Positions 28,792 to 38,447 of a DNA stretch of 64,000 nucleotides are shown piece after piece. Under the pieces are notes generated by a model. It saw only the letters and a program-made list of their open reading frames with translations. It did no database searches and was not told the DNA's origin. Positions within the stretch are counted from its first letter, which is position 1, and each line of letters opens with the position of its first letter. The stretch is from Bacillota bacterium (lineage in GTDB: Bacteria; Bacillota; Sulfobacillia; DUSP01; DYEP01). The position numbers and the translations under genes are program-made. The DNA lies in contig JBFMAL010000003.1 of assembly GCA_040755615.1 (NCBI GenBank), positions 8,507-72,506 of the forward strand, written 5' to 3'.

Positions 28792-29795
28792 ATAGCGCTC
28801 ACATTACTGCTGCATGGGTATATACACCCGCGTACCGGATCCGGAAAGAGGAATACCTGAGCGCTCTCGGCGCGTTCTCCGCTCCCGGTATTACGGAGAA
28901 GTCGGTTGCGGGCCCGGACGAGGACCCGCTCACCATGGCAGTGGAGGCGGTCCGCGGTCTGCTGGAGGCATCGGGAACCGATCCATCGCGAATCCGCGCC
29001 ATGTGCCTTGCATCCACCACCTGGCCGTACCTCCACAAACACCCTGGCGGAGCGGTCGCGGAAGCGACCGGCCTTCCGAGCAATATCTTTACTACATGCC
29101 ACTTCGCCTCCGGAAGAGCGGGGACCGAGGCGCTGCTCACAGCGGTGCTGACCACACACTCGCTCGGCCCTAGCCTCGCTGTGATCTCCGATACCCCGGT
29201 CTTCTCCCCTGCCGATCCCCGCGAACACGGCCAAGGAGCGGCCGCGGTGGCCCTGCTTGTTGAACCGAGAGAGGGCGATGCCATCCTCTCTGTCAACGCC
29301 TGGGCAAGCACGACCAGAGAGAGCCTCGGTACCCTGTGCGCCGAAAGAGGCAACCCTTATCCATCAGAACAGCGCAACCAGGGGCATGCAGATCAGGAGC
29401 TCAGAGACACCATCGTCCCGTGCGTGAGGAACCTTTTTGAAAGCTCCGGCACCGACGAGAGCGCTTTTTTATCACTGTCGGTAAATGAGACGGATGCGAA
29501 AGAACCCGCCAGGTACAAAAACGCCCTGGGGTTTTCAAGTGCCAGGGCGCATACCGGCCCTGTCGTCTTCCTCGGACATACAGGCGCGTGCAGCGGACTT
29601 CTGTCGCTGCTTCACGCCGCCTCAGGTGCCGCTGCCGGCAGTCGGCTGCTGCTTGTTTCGTACGGGTACGGGGCTGCGTGTGACGCCATATCGTTCACAG
29701 TGAAAACTCCGTCTGCCGCGTGGGCCGGGCAGCTTCGCCCGTCCATCTACCTGACTTATACGGAATACCTGAGGTACCGCGGCCTCTTGCCCTAG
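28788..29795 (+). CDS. HMG-CoA-synthase-like thiolase-fold condensing-enzyme homologue
   Basis: 335 aa, initiation-condensing-enzyme fold features (…AVISDTPVFS…, …GAAAVALLV…). Sits in the thiolase / HMGCS / DUF35 gene order known from archaeal mevalonate pathways. Confidence 0.5.
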   Translation: MNSAHITAAWVYTPAYRIRKEEYLSALGAFSAPGITEKSVAGPDEDPLTMAVEAVRGLLEASGTDPSRIRAMCLASTTWPYLHKHPGGAVAEATGLPSNIFTTCHFASGRAGTEALLTAVLTTHSLGPSLAVISDTPVFSPADPREHGQGAAAVALLVEPREGDAILSVNAWASTTRESLGTLCAERGNPYPSEQRNQGHADQELRDTIVPCVRNLFESSGTDESAFLSLSVNETDAKEPARYKNALGFSSARAHTGPVVFLGHTGACSGLLSLLHAASGAAAGSRLLLVSYGYGAACDAISFTVKTPSAAWAGQLRPSIYLTYTEYLRYRGLLP

Positions 29796-29868
29796 AAAGG
29801 AGGGTATCACCCTGGGAGCCCACGTTTCCGTTCCGAATTACCAGAGAACTATCAGGCAGAGATACCGG

Positions 29869-30228
29869 ATGAAAGCATGCAGGTGCAGGGAGTGTGGCTT
29901 GGTCCTCTTCCCCCCGAAAGGCGCATGTCCCCGCTGCCAGAGTCAGGCGCTGGCCGAGTTCGCGCTATCAGGCTATGGCAAGGTCGGGACGTATACGGTA
30001 ATCGGACAGGGAGGAGCCCCGCCCGAGTTCGCGGAGCTCGCCCGCACCCTCGGCAGCTATGTAGTCGCCATCGTGAACCTGGATGAAGGGCCTTCAGTCT
30101 GCGGCCAGGTGGTCGACGTAAACCCGGGCGATGTCCGGGAAGGGATGCGGGTGCGGCAGGTATTCCGCAAGCTTTACGTACAGGAAGGCGTTACCCGGTA
30201 CGGCTATAAGTTCAGGCCCGTTGATTGA
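29869..30228 (+). CDS. DUF35 Zn-ribbon / OB-fold protein (thiolase-complex scaffold)
   Basis: CRECGLVLFPPKGACPRCQS zinc ribbon followed by an OB-fold. Confidence 0.75.
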   Translation: MKACRCRECGLVLFPPKGACPRCQSQALAEFALSGYGKVGTYTVIGQGGAPPEFAELARTLGSYVVAIVNLDEGPSVCGQVVDVNPGDVREGMRVRQVFRKLYVQEGVTRYGYKFRPVD

Positions 30229-30243
30229 CCGTAAAAAGGAGGA

Positions 30244-30639
30244 TTGTTGCCAGTGGCGCTTCAGACTGTCTCGGAAAAGTGTTCAGGGTGCAGGCTGTGC
30301 CAGCTGTTCTGTGCGTTGGTGCATTTCGGCGAGAACAACCCGGCGAAGGGCGCGCTCCGCATAACCGGCGTCTTCCCCGATCCCGGGCAGTACACGGTTA
30401 CGGTGTGCGACCAGTGCGGGCTGTGCGCTGAAGAATGCCCGGAAGAAGCCATCATCCTTAAACACAACAACTACGTAGTGCTGGAAGACAGGTGTACAAA
30501 GTGCGGCATATGCGTTGACGTATGTCCGACCCGGTCTATCTTCTTAAGAGACGATGAACCGGCGGCCATCAAGTGCGACGGCTGCCTTGAGTGTGTACCC
30601 TACTGCCCGCGCGAAGCGTTACTGCCCAAGGAGGTGTAA
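30244..30639 (+). CDS. 4Fe-4S ferredoxin (multi-cluster), TTG start
   Basis: Four CxxCxxC(x)nCP motifs (CSGCRLCQLFC, CDQCGLCAEECP, CTKCGICVDVCP, CDGCLECVPYCP). Ribosome-binding site AAAGGAGG 7 nt upstream. Confidence 0.75.
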   Translation: MLPVALQTVSEKCSGCRLCQLFCALVHFGENNPAKGALRITGVFPDPGQYTVTVCDQCGLCAEECPEEAIILKHNNYVVLEDRCTKCGICVDVCPTRSIFLRDDEPAAIKCDGCLECVPYCPREALLPKEV

Positions 30640-30642
30640 GCC

Positions 30643-32490
30643 ATGTCAGTTCTTTATGGATACGGGGGGAGCATCCTCGACATCGACCTATCGACTCAGA
30701 GAGTGTCGAAGTCCCGCCTGGAGCCTGATTTTGCCAGGAAATACATCGGAGGCCGCGGGTTCGTGGCAAGGCTGCTCTGGGACCTCATCCCGAAAGGAGC
30801 CGACCCGCTCGGGCCGGACAACGTGGCAGTGGTGGCCGCAGGTCCTCTGACCGGTGCGTTCCTGCCCTCCCCGAGCAAGGTGGAGTTCGGGGCGAAATCC
30901 CCAGCCACAGGAGGATACGGGGACAGCAACATGGGCGGCCACTTCGGGCCAGCGATGAAGCACGCGGGGTACGACGTGTTTATCATAAGGGGCGCCTCCG
31001 CCACTCCCGTTTATATCGCCATCGACGATGACACCGTGCTGATCAGGGATGCCTCCCACCTGTGGGGAAAGGGCTCGTATGCCACCGAGAAAGCGCTGAA
31101 AGAGGAACTGGGAGACGATTTCCAGATCGCGGTCATCGGGCCGGCCGGCGAAAACCTGGTAAAGATCGCCTGTATCACGCATGATTTCGGGCGCCAGGCC
31201 GGAAGGTGCGGCATCGGGGCGGTATGGGGCTCCAAGCGACTGAAGGCAGTTGCGGTGAGGGGAAGCCGGGGCTTCCCGGTGGCCGATCCGGCGGCCATGT
31301 TCAAAAAGGGCAAGGAGATGTTTGATATCATCTTCAAACTGCCCGGCTTTAAGGAGTGGACTCCGTACGGCACCGCGGAAATCACCGACTGGTGCAACGT
31401 ATCGGGGGTTTTCCCGACAAGGAACTTCTATACGGGCTATTTCCCGCACTACGAGCAGATCAACGGCAGAGCGCTCCGGCAGCCCATCGTCACGCTGGAC
31501 AAAGGTTGCTTCGGATGCCCGATTCCCTGCGGGAAGTACTCGCACGTGAACCTTCCCCAAGGCTCAGCCAGGGTAGAAGGCCCTGAATACGAGACGGTGG
31601 CGCTGTTTGGCGGAAACTGCGAGCTGTCGCGTATTGAGGAGATCGCCTACGCGAACTGGCTGTTCGACGACCTCGGCATGGATACCATCTCCGGCGGTAA
31701 CATCGTCGCCTTCGCCATCGAGTGTTTTGAGAAAGGCATCATCTCCCAGGGCGACCTGGGGGGAAGGGCGGTCAGCTTCGGGGATCTCGATTCGGTCATC
31801 CATATCGGAAAACTCATCGCAAACAGGGAACATATCGGTGATCTCCTGGCCGAAGGGGTGAAGGCCGCGAGCGCACGCCTCGGCAAGGGCTCGGAGCATT
31901 TTGCCATTCACGTGAAGGGGCTTGAGGTCAGCGGGTATGAGCCGCGGTATGCAGCCGCCATGCTCCTTGCCTACATGACCTGCGACGTCGGCGCCCACCA
32001 TAATAGAGCCTGGGCAATCACCTACGATATCTCCGTCGGGCGCGACAAGCTGGAGGGAAAGGCTGCAAAGGTAGTTGAACTTCAGCACCTCCGTCCCCTG
32101 CTCGATGCGCTGGGGATATGCCGATTCCCCTGGATCGAGGTGGGTTTTGAGCTCAGGCACTATGCGGAGATTTTCCCGATGATCACCGGAAGCAAAGAGA
32201 CCTGGGAGGAGCTGAACAGGTTGTCTGAGAGGATATGGAACCTGACACGGGCGTTCTGGGTCCGGGAGGTGCCGGGTTTTGGCCGCTCGTGGGACAGAGC
32301 TCCAGGCCGGTTTCTCACCGAGCCGGTCCCATCAGGCGCCGCTCATGGCAAGCTCCTGGGAGAGGAGATCACAGAGCGGTTGCTAGACGAGTACTACCGG
32401 CTGAGGGGCTGGGATGAGCAGGGTGTACCAAAGAGAGAGAAACTGTTGGAACTTGGCCTTTCCGACGTGGCTTCTGTACTTTACGGATGA
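30643..32490 (+). CDS. Aldehyde:ferredoxin oxidoreductase (tungsten-containing AOR family)
   Basis: N-terminal …GGRG…, AOR domain-1 features, 4Fe-4S Cys ligands (…CFGCPIPCGK…), 615 aa. Confidence 0.85.
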   Translation: MSVLYGYGGSILDIDLSTQRVSKSRLEPDFARKYIGGRGFVARLLWDLIPKGADPLGPDNVAVVAAGPLTGAFLPSPSKVEFGAKSPATGGYGDSNMGGHFGPAMKHAGYDVFIIRGASATPVYIAIDDDTVLIRDASHLWGKGSYATEKALKEELGDDFQIAVIGPAGENLVKIACITHDFGRQAGRCGIGAVWGSKRLKAVAVRGSRGFPVADPAAMFKKGKEMFDIIFKLPGFKEWTPYGTAEITDWCNVSGVFPTRNFYTGYFPHYEQINGRALRQPIVTLDKGCFGCPIPCGKYSHVNLPQGSARVEGPEYETVALFGGNCELSRIEEIAYANWLFDDLGMDTISGGNIVAFAIECFEKGIISQGDLGGRAVSFGDLDSVIHIGKLIANREHIGDLLAEGVKAASARLGKGSEHFAIHVKGLEVSGYEPRYAAAMLLAYMTCDVGAHHNRAWAITYDISVGRDKLEGKAAKVVELQHLRPLLDALGICRFPWIEVGFELRHYAEIFPMITGSKETWEELNRLSERIWNLTRAFWVREVPGFGRSWDRAPGRFLTEPVPSGAAHGKLLGEEITERLLDEYYRLRGWDEQGVPKREKLLELGLSDVASVLYG

Positions 32491-32503
32491 TGGAGGAGAT
32501 CTG

Positions 32504-33844
32504 ATGGGCCGGGACTTTGTGTTTTACAGAGATACGAAAAAGCAGATGCCGGTGATCGCCAGGGGTGAGGGCATCTACCTCTGGGACACGGAAGGTAAGA
32601 GATACATCGACGGGTGTTCAGGAGCGCTGGTGTCGTCCATCGGACACGGGCGGACCGAGATCTCTGACGCCATTCGGGAAGCGGCCAGCCAGGTGGCATT
32701 CGTCCACCTGTCGCAGTTCACCAACAAGTACTTGCAGCATCTGTCAGCCGAGATAGCGTCGATCACCCCGGGCGATCTCAACTGGTGCTACTTCGTGTCG
32801 GGCGGGTCTGAAGCGGCGGACACCGCCATTAAGATGGCGCGTCAGTATCACCTGGAGCGAGGTCAGCCCTCCCGTTACAAGGTCATCGGCAGGTGGCAGG
32901 CATTTCACGGCAATACCATAGGTGCGATGTCAGTGGGCGGGCACACCGCGCGGAGGAAGATGTACGCGCCGCTTCTCCTTGACTTCCCGCACGCCGTCCC
33001 CGGGTACTGCTACCGGTGCCCCTACGGCCGCGCCTACCCGGAATGCTCCCTGGCCTGCGCGGACGACGTGGAGCGCATCATTCTGCAGGAGGGCCCGGAA
33101 AACATCGCCGCTTTTATGTGTGAAATCGTGTCGGGAGCCTCCGCGCCGGGAGTGCATCCGCCTGCAGGCTACTACGAAAAGATACGCGAAGTGTGCGACG
33201 CCCACGGAGTGCTGTTCATCGCGGACGAGGTGATGACTGGATTCGGCCGTACGGGAGAGTACTTCGCGTGCCAGCACTATGACGCGATCCCCGATATCAT
33301 CATGTGCGCCAAGGGCATGAGCGCAGGCTATGCGCCCATAGGGGCCGTGCTCGCCTCGGAGCGGGTATACCAGGCGTTTCATCAGGGCTCGGGCAGGTTC
33401 GTTCACGGCTATACGTATGGCGGCAACCCGGTGTCGGCTGCCGCGTCGCTCCGGGTGATCACCTTCCTGAAAGAACATGGCGTCCTGGAGAACGTGAAGT
33501 CCACCGGCAGGTATCTAAAGGACCGGCTTTCCGCACTCGCCGGCGAACACCGGATCATCGGAGATGTGAGAGGTCTTGGTTTAATGCAAGGCATTGAACT
33601 GGTCGCGTGCAAGGAGACCAGGGAACCGTTTCCACAGCGACTCGAAGTCACAAACAGGCTGAAGGCAGTCGCGTTCCAGAAAGGTCTCCTCGTATACCCC
33701 GGAGCAGGCTGCGTAAACGGCCGGGATGGCGACGCGGTGTTGATCGCCCCGCCGCTTACCATCACCGTAAAGGAGGTGGATGAACTGCTTGACGTCTTTG
33801 AGGACGCGTTAAGTCTCGTTGAGTCAGAGCTTCTTAATTCCTGA
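32504..33844 (+). CDS. Class-III (omega) aminotransferase, aspartate-aminotransferase-family PLP enzyme
   Basis: …GSEAADTAIKMARQY…, …FIADEVMTGFGRTG…, PLP Lys context …AKGMSAGYAPIGA…. ATG 32504 behind GGAGG. Confidence 0.85.
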   Translation: MGRDFVFYRDTKKQMPVIARGEGIYLWDTEGKRYIDGCSGALVSSIGHGRTEISDAIREAASQVAFVHLSQFTNKYLQHLSAEIASITPGDLNWCYFVSGGSEAADTAIKMARQYHLERGQPSRYKVIGRWQAFHGNTIGAMSVGGHTARRKMYAPLLLDFPHAVPGYCYRCPYGRAYPECSLACADDVERIILQEGPENIAAFMCEIVSGASAPGVHPPAGYYEKIREVCDAHGVLFIADEVMTGFGRTGEYFACQHYDAIPDIIMCAKGMSAGYAPIGAVLASERVYQAFHQGSGRFVHGYTYGGNPVSAAASLRVITFLKEHGVLENVKSTGRYLKDRLSALAGEHRIIGDVRGLGLMQGIELVACKETREPFPQRLEVTNRLKAVAFQKGLLVYPGAGCVNGRDGDAVLIAPPLTITVKEVDELLDVFEDALSLVESELLNS

Positions 33845-33861
33845 CAGGGAGGTTAGCGAAA

Positions 33862-34071
33862 ATGACTGATCGCGGGTTCTTTCCTCTGGAGAAGAAGTAC
33901 GCTGCGGCCCTCATCACGTATATCGCTCTGGCGGTCGTATTCTTCCTTCCTTGGGCGCGCCAGCACAGCGTGTACGGCGTCTCGCTGTTCGGATGGCTCA
34001 TGGGTGCGTTTATGTTTGTAGCGCCTCTCATCAATTTGCTGCTGCTACGGTCTGATAACACGGGGAAGTAG
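33862..34071 (+). CDS. Small two-TM membrane protein, putative auxiliary subunit of the sodium:solute symporter (DUF4212-like)
   Basis: 69 aa, two hydrophobic helices, sits immediately upstream of and is co-oriented with the SSS transporter. Confidence 0.5.
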   Translation: MTDRGFFPLEKKYAAALITYIALAVVFFLPWARQHSVYGVSLFGWLMGAFMFVAPLINLLLLRSDNTGK

Positions 34072-34084
34072 GAGGTGTCTTGAA

Positions 34085-35515
34085 ATGAGAACGACCGAAC
34101 TCGCTGTGACACTCATTTATATCGTGGTGTGTATCGGTATCGGGCTGTGGGCAAGAAGCAAGGTGCGCGAGTCCAAGGACGATTACTGGGTAGCGGGCAG
34201 GAGAGTTGGCGTATTCACCAATACCTGGGCGATCATGGCTGCGCTGGCAAGCGGCGGGTCCATCCTCGGAGTAACAGGCCTCGGCTACAGGCTGGGCCTG
34301 CCTTATGTGTTCTCGATGTACGCAGGAGCGGTAGTAGGGTTCCCCATAGCAGCCATCCTGGTCGCCAAACCCCTCGTAAACTTGGGAAAATACACGATCA
34401 CTGACTTTTTGACGGAAAGATTCGATTCAAAACTCCTGAAGGTAGTCATACCGCTGATCATCCTTATCTCAATGGGCACCTACATCGTGGCCCAGATGAA
34501 AGCCGCAGGTGTGGCTGCGCAGTACCTCCTTGCCATCTCCTACAATCATGCGATCATTCTGACATCGATAGTGTTCATACTGTACGTTTCCATCGGAGGA
34601 ATGTGGGCTGTCACGGTTACCGACGTGCTGCAGGGTATCATCATGGTAGGTATGATGCTGCTGGTAGCCGTGATCTCTCTGGCACGCTTCGGCGGGCTGG
34701 GCGGCCTTCTGACGCAGGCAACCGCGGTAGCTCCGAACATCGGTCAACTGGTGAACATGCCGATGTCCTCATATGTGGGCGCCTTTGTGGTATGGGCAGC
34801 AGCGATTCCTGTCATCCCTCACATCGTGATGCGTATCTACACGTCCAAGGATGTGAAGTCGGCAAGGCTATCGCTGAATTACGCCATGCTCATCTACGCC
34901 TTCATGATATTCTTCGGGGTGGTTGGGATCTCGGCAGGAGGTCACCTCCTGGCGCCGGGACTGAAAGACGCGGACACGGTCTACCTGATCATGGTGGAGA
35001 ATTTCCTGCCGCGGGTGCTCGGCGGGCTGGCGCTGGCCGCGGTGATGGCAGCCGTGATGTCCACTACAGACGCACTGCTGCTGGCCTGTGCCAGCGCTGT
35101 TTCGCACGACCTCTATGAGCGGGTCATCAATCCCAAGGCTTCGGATAAGACCCTCGTAAACATCAGCCTTGTGACCACGTGGGTGATCGGGCTGCTTGCC
35201 ATGTTCTTCGCGTTCAACCCTCCGAAGCTTCTCACGATGCTGTACACGGCCGCTGTGGGTCTTATCGTGTCATCGCTCTTTGTACCGACTATCCTTGGCA
35301 TCTGGTGGAAAGGGACGAACACGCAGGGAGCAACTGCTGGCGTCCTGGTAGGCGCCGTATCATACCTCTGGCTGCTCTGGTTCACAAAGATGCCGGCGCT
35401 GTCCCACGTGCTTGTGTCGCTGCCCCTCTGCCTCGCTGTGACGGTCATCGTCAGCTTGCTGTCTCCGCCTCCCAGCGCGGCCACTCTTGAGAGAGTACAG
35501 CAGCTTCACAGGTAA
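34085..35515 (+). CDS. Sodium:solute symporter family (SSS) transporter
   Basis: …WVAGRRVGVFTNTWAIMAALASGGSILGVTG…, 13-TM topology typical of PutP/ActP-type SSS carriers. Confidence 0.85.
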   Translation: MRTTELAVTLIYIVVCIGIGLWARSKVRESKDDYWVAGRRVGVFTNTWAIMAALASGGSILGVTGLGYRLGLPYVFSMYAGAVVGFPIAAILVAKPLVNLGKYTITDFLTERFDSKLLKVVIPLIILISMGTYIVAQMKAAGVAAQYLLAISYNHAIILTSIVFILYVSIGGMWAVTVTDVLQGIIMVGMMLLVAVISLARFGGLGGLLTQATAVAPNIGQLVNMPMSSYVGAFVVWAAAIPVIPHIVMRIYTSKDVKSARLSLNYAMLIYAFMIFFGVVGISAGGHLLAPGLKDADTVYLIMVENFLPRVLGGLALAAVMAAVMSTTDALLLACASAVSHDLYERVINPKASDKTLVNISLVTTWVIGLLAMFFAFNPPKLLTMLYTAAVGLIVSSLFVPTILGIWWKGTNTQGATAGVLVGAVSYLWLLWFTKMPALSHVLVSLPLCLAVTVIVSLLSPPPSAATLERVQQLHR

Positions 35516-35525
35516 CCTCAGCTTT

Positions 35526-35557
35526 TTTGGGGACCCGCCTCTTCAGGGCGGGTCCTC
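35526..35557 (+). terminator. Stem-loop terminator after the symporter gene
   Basis: GGGACCCGCC-tcttcag-GGCGGGTCC followed by TCTCTCT; flanked 5' by a T6 run, so it could act bidirectionally. Confidence 0.45.
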
Positions 35558-36174
35558 TCTCTGAACAAAAGCCGGCAGCCGCTTCACACGCTCTGGTAAT
35601 ATACGCTGATAACTGAACTATTGAATGAAGGCATTAATTCGTTCAGCCAGGAAGACCCGTGAATCGAGCGAGTGTTATTGCTGAGAATTGACGTTCCGCA
35701 ATCCGTTTTTTAAGGGATTTACCCTTCTTTGTGTAACAATGAGCAGGCACTCATCCAGAATTCTGAACTCGACCCTGTCGTTTTCCTTAAGCAATGTCAT
35801 TTCAAGAATTGCTTTGGCAACCTAACAGCTTGGCTATTCCCCTGCTTTAATTGTCATATAGATACTAAAACCAAAACATACCAACCTGCTTTTCACGGCC
35901 GCTTTCCGGGTGGTCATGCTGGGGAAACAAAGCAGTTCTCTTGGGGGGCACTAGAGACAGGGCGGGGTCCGAGAGGCGATATACGTGAAGCCTGATTACC
36001 GGTCCCAACCTGGATATGCCTGCAAAGAAGCAGGTCCTATTCGCATCCGGCATGCCTGCCGGTTTCAAGTTGGAGCAAACCACCAAAGGTCTTCACAACA
36101 GACTACCGGCGGCAAACAGGTACACTCAGCAACCACGAAGGTACCGCCGGCAACCCCTTAGCCGCGGCCCAAGA

Positions 36175-36650
36175 CTTAAAACCATCGACCCAACCAGTGC
36201 CTTTCAAATGCCACCTAGGCCTAGGAGGCGGCTCTTGTCGGTTCCAGCAGAGTGAACAGCGGCGGATCCTGAAGATAGCGGATGGAGGAGTACCGGGCGT
36301 TCCCGTGGCCCGAAAACATCATCAGCGCACCCTCCCCCGTCTACGCAAAGCCCGGGCCTTTACCATGTATGTGGCGGCTGATGTTCCTCGCCACGACCTC
36401 CGCCTGGTCGTGGGCGAATATGCCGCCGTTTGCGTCCGTCCGTAAGACCCGTCGATTGTATCACCGATGGCGGTCTATGGAGCACAATGCCGACACGCAC
36501 AGAGCGAGTGGACAAGCCTTCCTGGTTTTCCTCAAACACCGTGAGGGCGCTTGGAGGTATTGTAGCTTCACCTTTAGATCCCGGCTCTGGAAACAGACCA
36601 GGATCTACTAGTTTAGAGGCAACCAAAGCTGTTACCATTCCATACCAGCT
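36175..36650 (-). pseudogene. Duplicated, degenerate 3' fragment of the SQR-like oxidoreductase gene
   Basis: About 80% nucleotide identity to 37300-37780 over roughly 300 bp, then decaying; a 14-aa tract (…PPSVIQSTGLTDGR… vs …APSVIQSTGLADAD…) is conserved. No start codon and the 5' two-thirds are missing. Confidence 0.6.
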
Positions 36651-37301
36651 ATGGTTGAAATAAGCCGATAGGTTTGTATCGGCATTTAAAGAGAAAACTC
36701 CTTTGGTAGCACCCATAAGCTTTCCTATCCTTCGTACAGCGCAACCCATGCAAAGTGCCCAAAGCCTAATCCTTCTATGGCAGCGTGGTCCTTTCCCAGT
36801 ATACCGAAGTACGTATGCTATTGGGATGCCATATGGCCCCGAGCGAAAAATCAGCTATTGTTCCGACAAGCAGACCAATCGGCTTCTCCCCATCTCTTTT
36901 TTGTCATGAAGAGGCCTGCGGCAATCTCCAAAGGGATAGTGATCTTTAAATGTCTACCTGAGATGCCCTGAAACTCCTGTAACAGACTACTCAATATTAT
37001 GTCGGCACTAGGAGTCTACTAATGGTAGAGTCCCTCTATCGTGACATCGATGTTCCCGGAGTGCTCGGTTCAGAAGGAGCTGCGAGGACCCTGAAAATGA
37101 CGTCCTGGACCCGGTGGACCACTGAAAGGTTCAGAAAAACATGGCGCTGCCAGGCTTCGTACTGGGTGCTGGCCGCCTATGGCCGTAAGCAGAGGCCTTG
37201 CGCGTGGCCCTGCTGTGTCACGCTGCCTTGTCGCGTTCGCCCAGCTGGCAGCGGAACCGCCAGAGCCGATGACTCAGGCGACAGGCAGGCGGGCCTTGCA
37301 G

Positions 37302-38447
37302 TTAAAACCATCGACTCAGCCAGTACCTCTCAAATGCCAGCTTGGCCCAGTAGGCGGCTGTTGTCGGTTCAAGCAGAGTGAACAGCGGCGGGTTCTGGAA
37401 GTAGCGGACTGAGGAGTAGCGGGCTTTCCCGGAACCCGAAAACATTATAAGCGCGCCCTTCCCCGTGTACGCAAAGCCCGGGCCCTTACCACGTATGTGG
37501 CGGGTGATGTTCCTCGCCACGACCTCCGCCTGGTAGTGAGCGAATATGCCGGCCTTTGGCGCGTATTCACCTGATGCAGGCATCCGTATCGCTGTTCCAT
37601 CCCCTATGGCATACACGCCGGGACAGCCCGTCTCCAGCGTAGAGGGATGTACTTGCGCCCACCCGTCTGCGTCCGCAAGCCCCGTCGACTGGATGACAGA
37701 TGGCGCTTTGTGAGGTGCAATGCCCAGGAACAGATCGCCTGCTATCCTGGCTCCGTCTTCCGTCACAAGCTCCCCGGGCTCTACTCTGATCACCCTAGTG
37801 CTCGTACGGATTCCGATCTCCCGTTTGTGCAGCATCCGGGTAACGCTTTCTCCCACCAGGGGGCTGGCCTGGGGGAAGGGCCTCGGGTCGAACGTGACAA
37901 GGCTTAACGAGACTCTGTCCCGGATCCCCCTTTGTCTAAAGAACTGGTCGAGCTGGAAGATGAACTCATAGGGCCCCAGCGGAAAGCGAAAACACGGGCC
38001 CGGAACAAAGAGCACAATATGCCCCTGTTTGAACAGCGCAGCCCGGGATGCGGCCCGAACCACATCCTCGAACGCGTAAACGTTAAAAGCATGCTCCGAG
38101 AAACCGGGGATTTCCTGCGGGTAGAACTCCACGCCGGGCGACATCACAAGATAGTCATATGACAGCGGCCCCTGGTTGGTGACCACGGTACGGTTTTCGG
38201 TCTCGACCTCACGGACATCCGCCCGGATAAACTCGATACCCTTCCTCGCCAGGTCACCGAGCCTTCGGGTGATCCTTCGCGGGTTTCTTTCCCCGATCAG
38301 AAGCATCGGATACATCCCTGCGAAATGGTATTCGTCATTTCTGTCTACTATCACTACACGCGCGTCCGGCCCGGCGGCGCGCTTCAGCACGTTAGCCGTA
38401 ACGACGCCTCCCATTCCACCGCCAAGTATTAGCACGGTCTTGAGCAC
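37302..38447 (-). CDS. FAD-dependent pyridine-nucleotide-disulfide oxidoreductase, sulfide:quinone oxidoreductase-like
   Basis: …VLILGGGMGGV… Rossmann motif and …VYAIGDGT… FAD motif near the C-terminus. GTG start at 38447 behind GAGGTGGA. Confidence 0.7.
   Translation of the reverse strand: MLKTVLILGGGMGGVVTANVLKRAAGPDARVVIVDRNDEYHFAGMYPMLLIGERNPRRITRRLGDLARKGIEFIRADVREVETENRTVVTNQGPLSYDYLVMSPGVEFYPQEIPGFSEHAFNVYAFEDVVRAASRAALFKQGHIVLFVPGPCFRFPLGPYEFIFQLDQFFRQRGIRDRVSLSLVTFDPRPFPQASPLVGESVTRMLHKREIGIRTSTRVIRVEPGELVTEDGARIAGDLFLGIAPHKAPSVIQSTGLADADGWAQVHPSTLETGCPGVYAIGDGTAIRMPASGEYAPKAGIFAHYQAEVVARNITRHIRGKGPGFAYTGKGALIMFSGSGKARYSSVRYFQNPPLFTLLEPTTAAYWAKLAFERYWLSRWF

Noticed and set aside
35729-36255. 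ORFs 35729-35995 and 36016-36255 in the AT-rich part of the decayed island
   Set aside because: There is no ribosome-binding site, the composition is atypical, and there are no recognisable motifs. They are likely non-coding debris.
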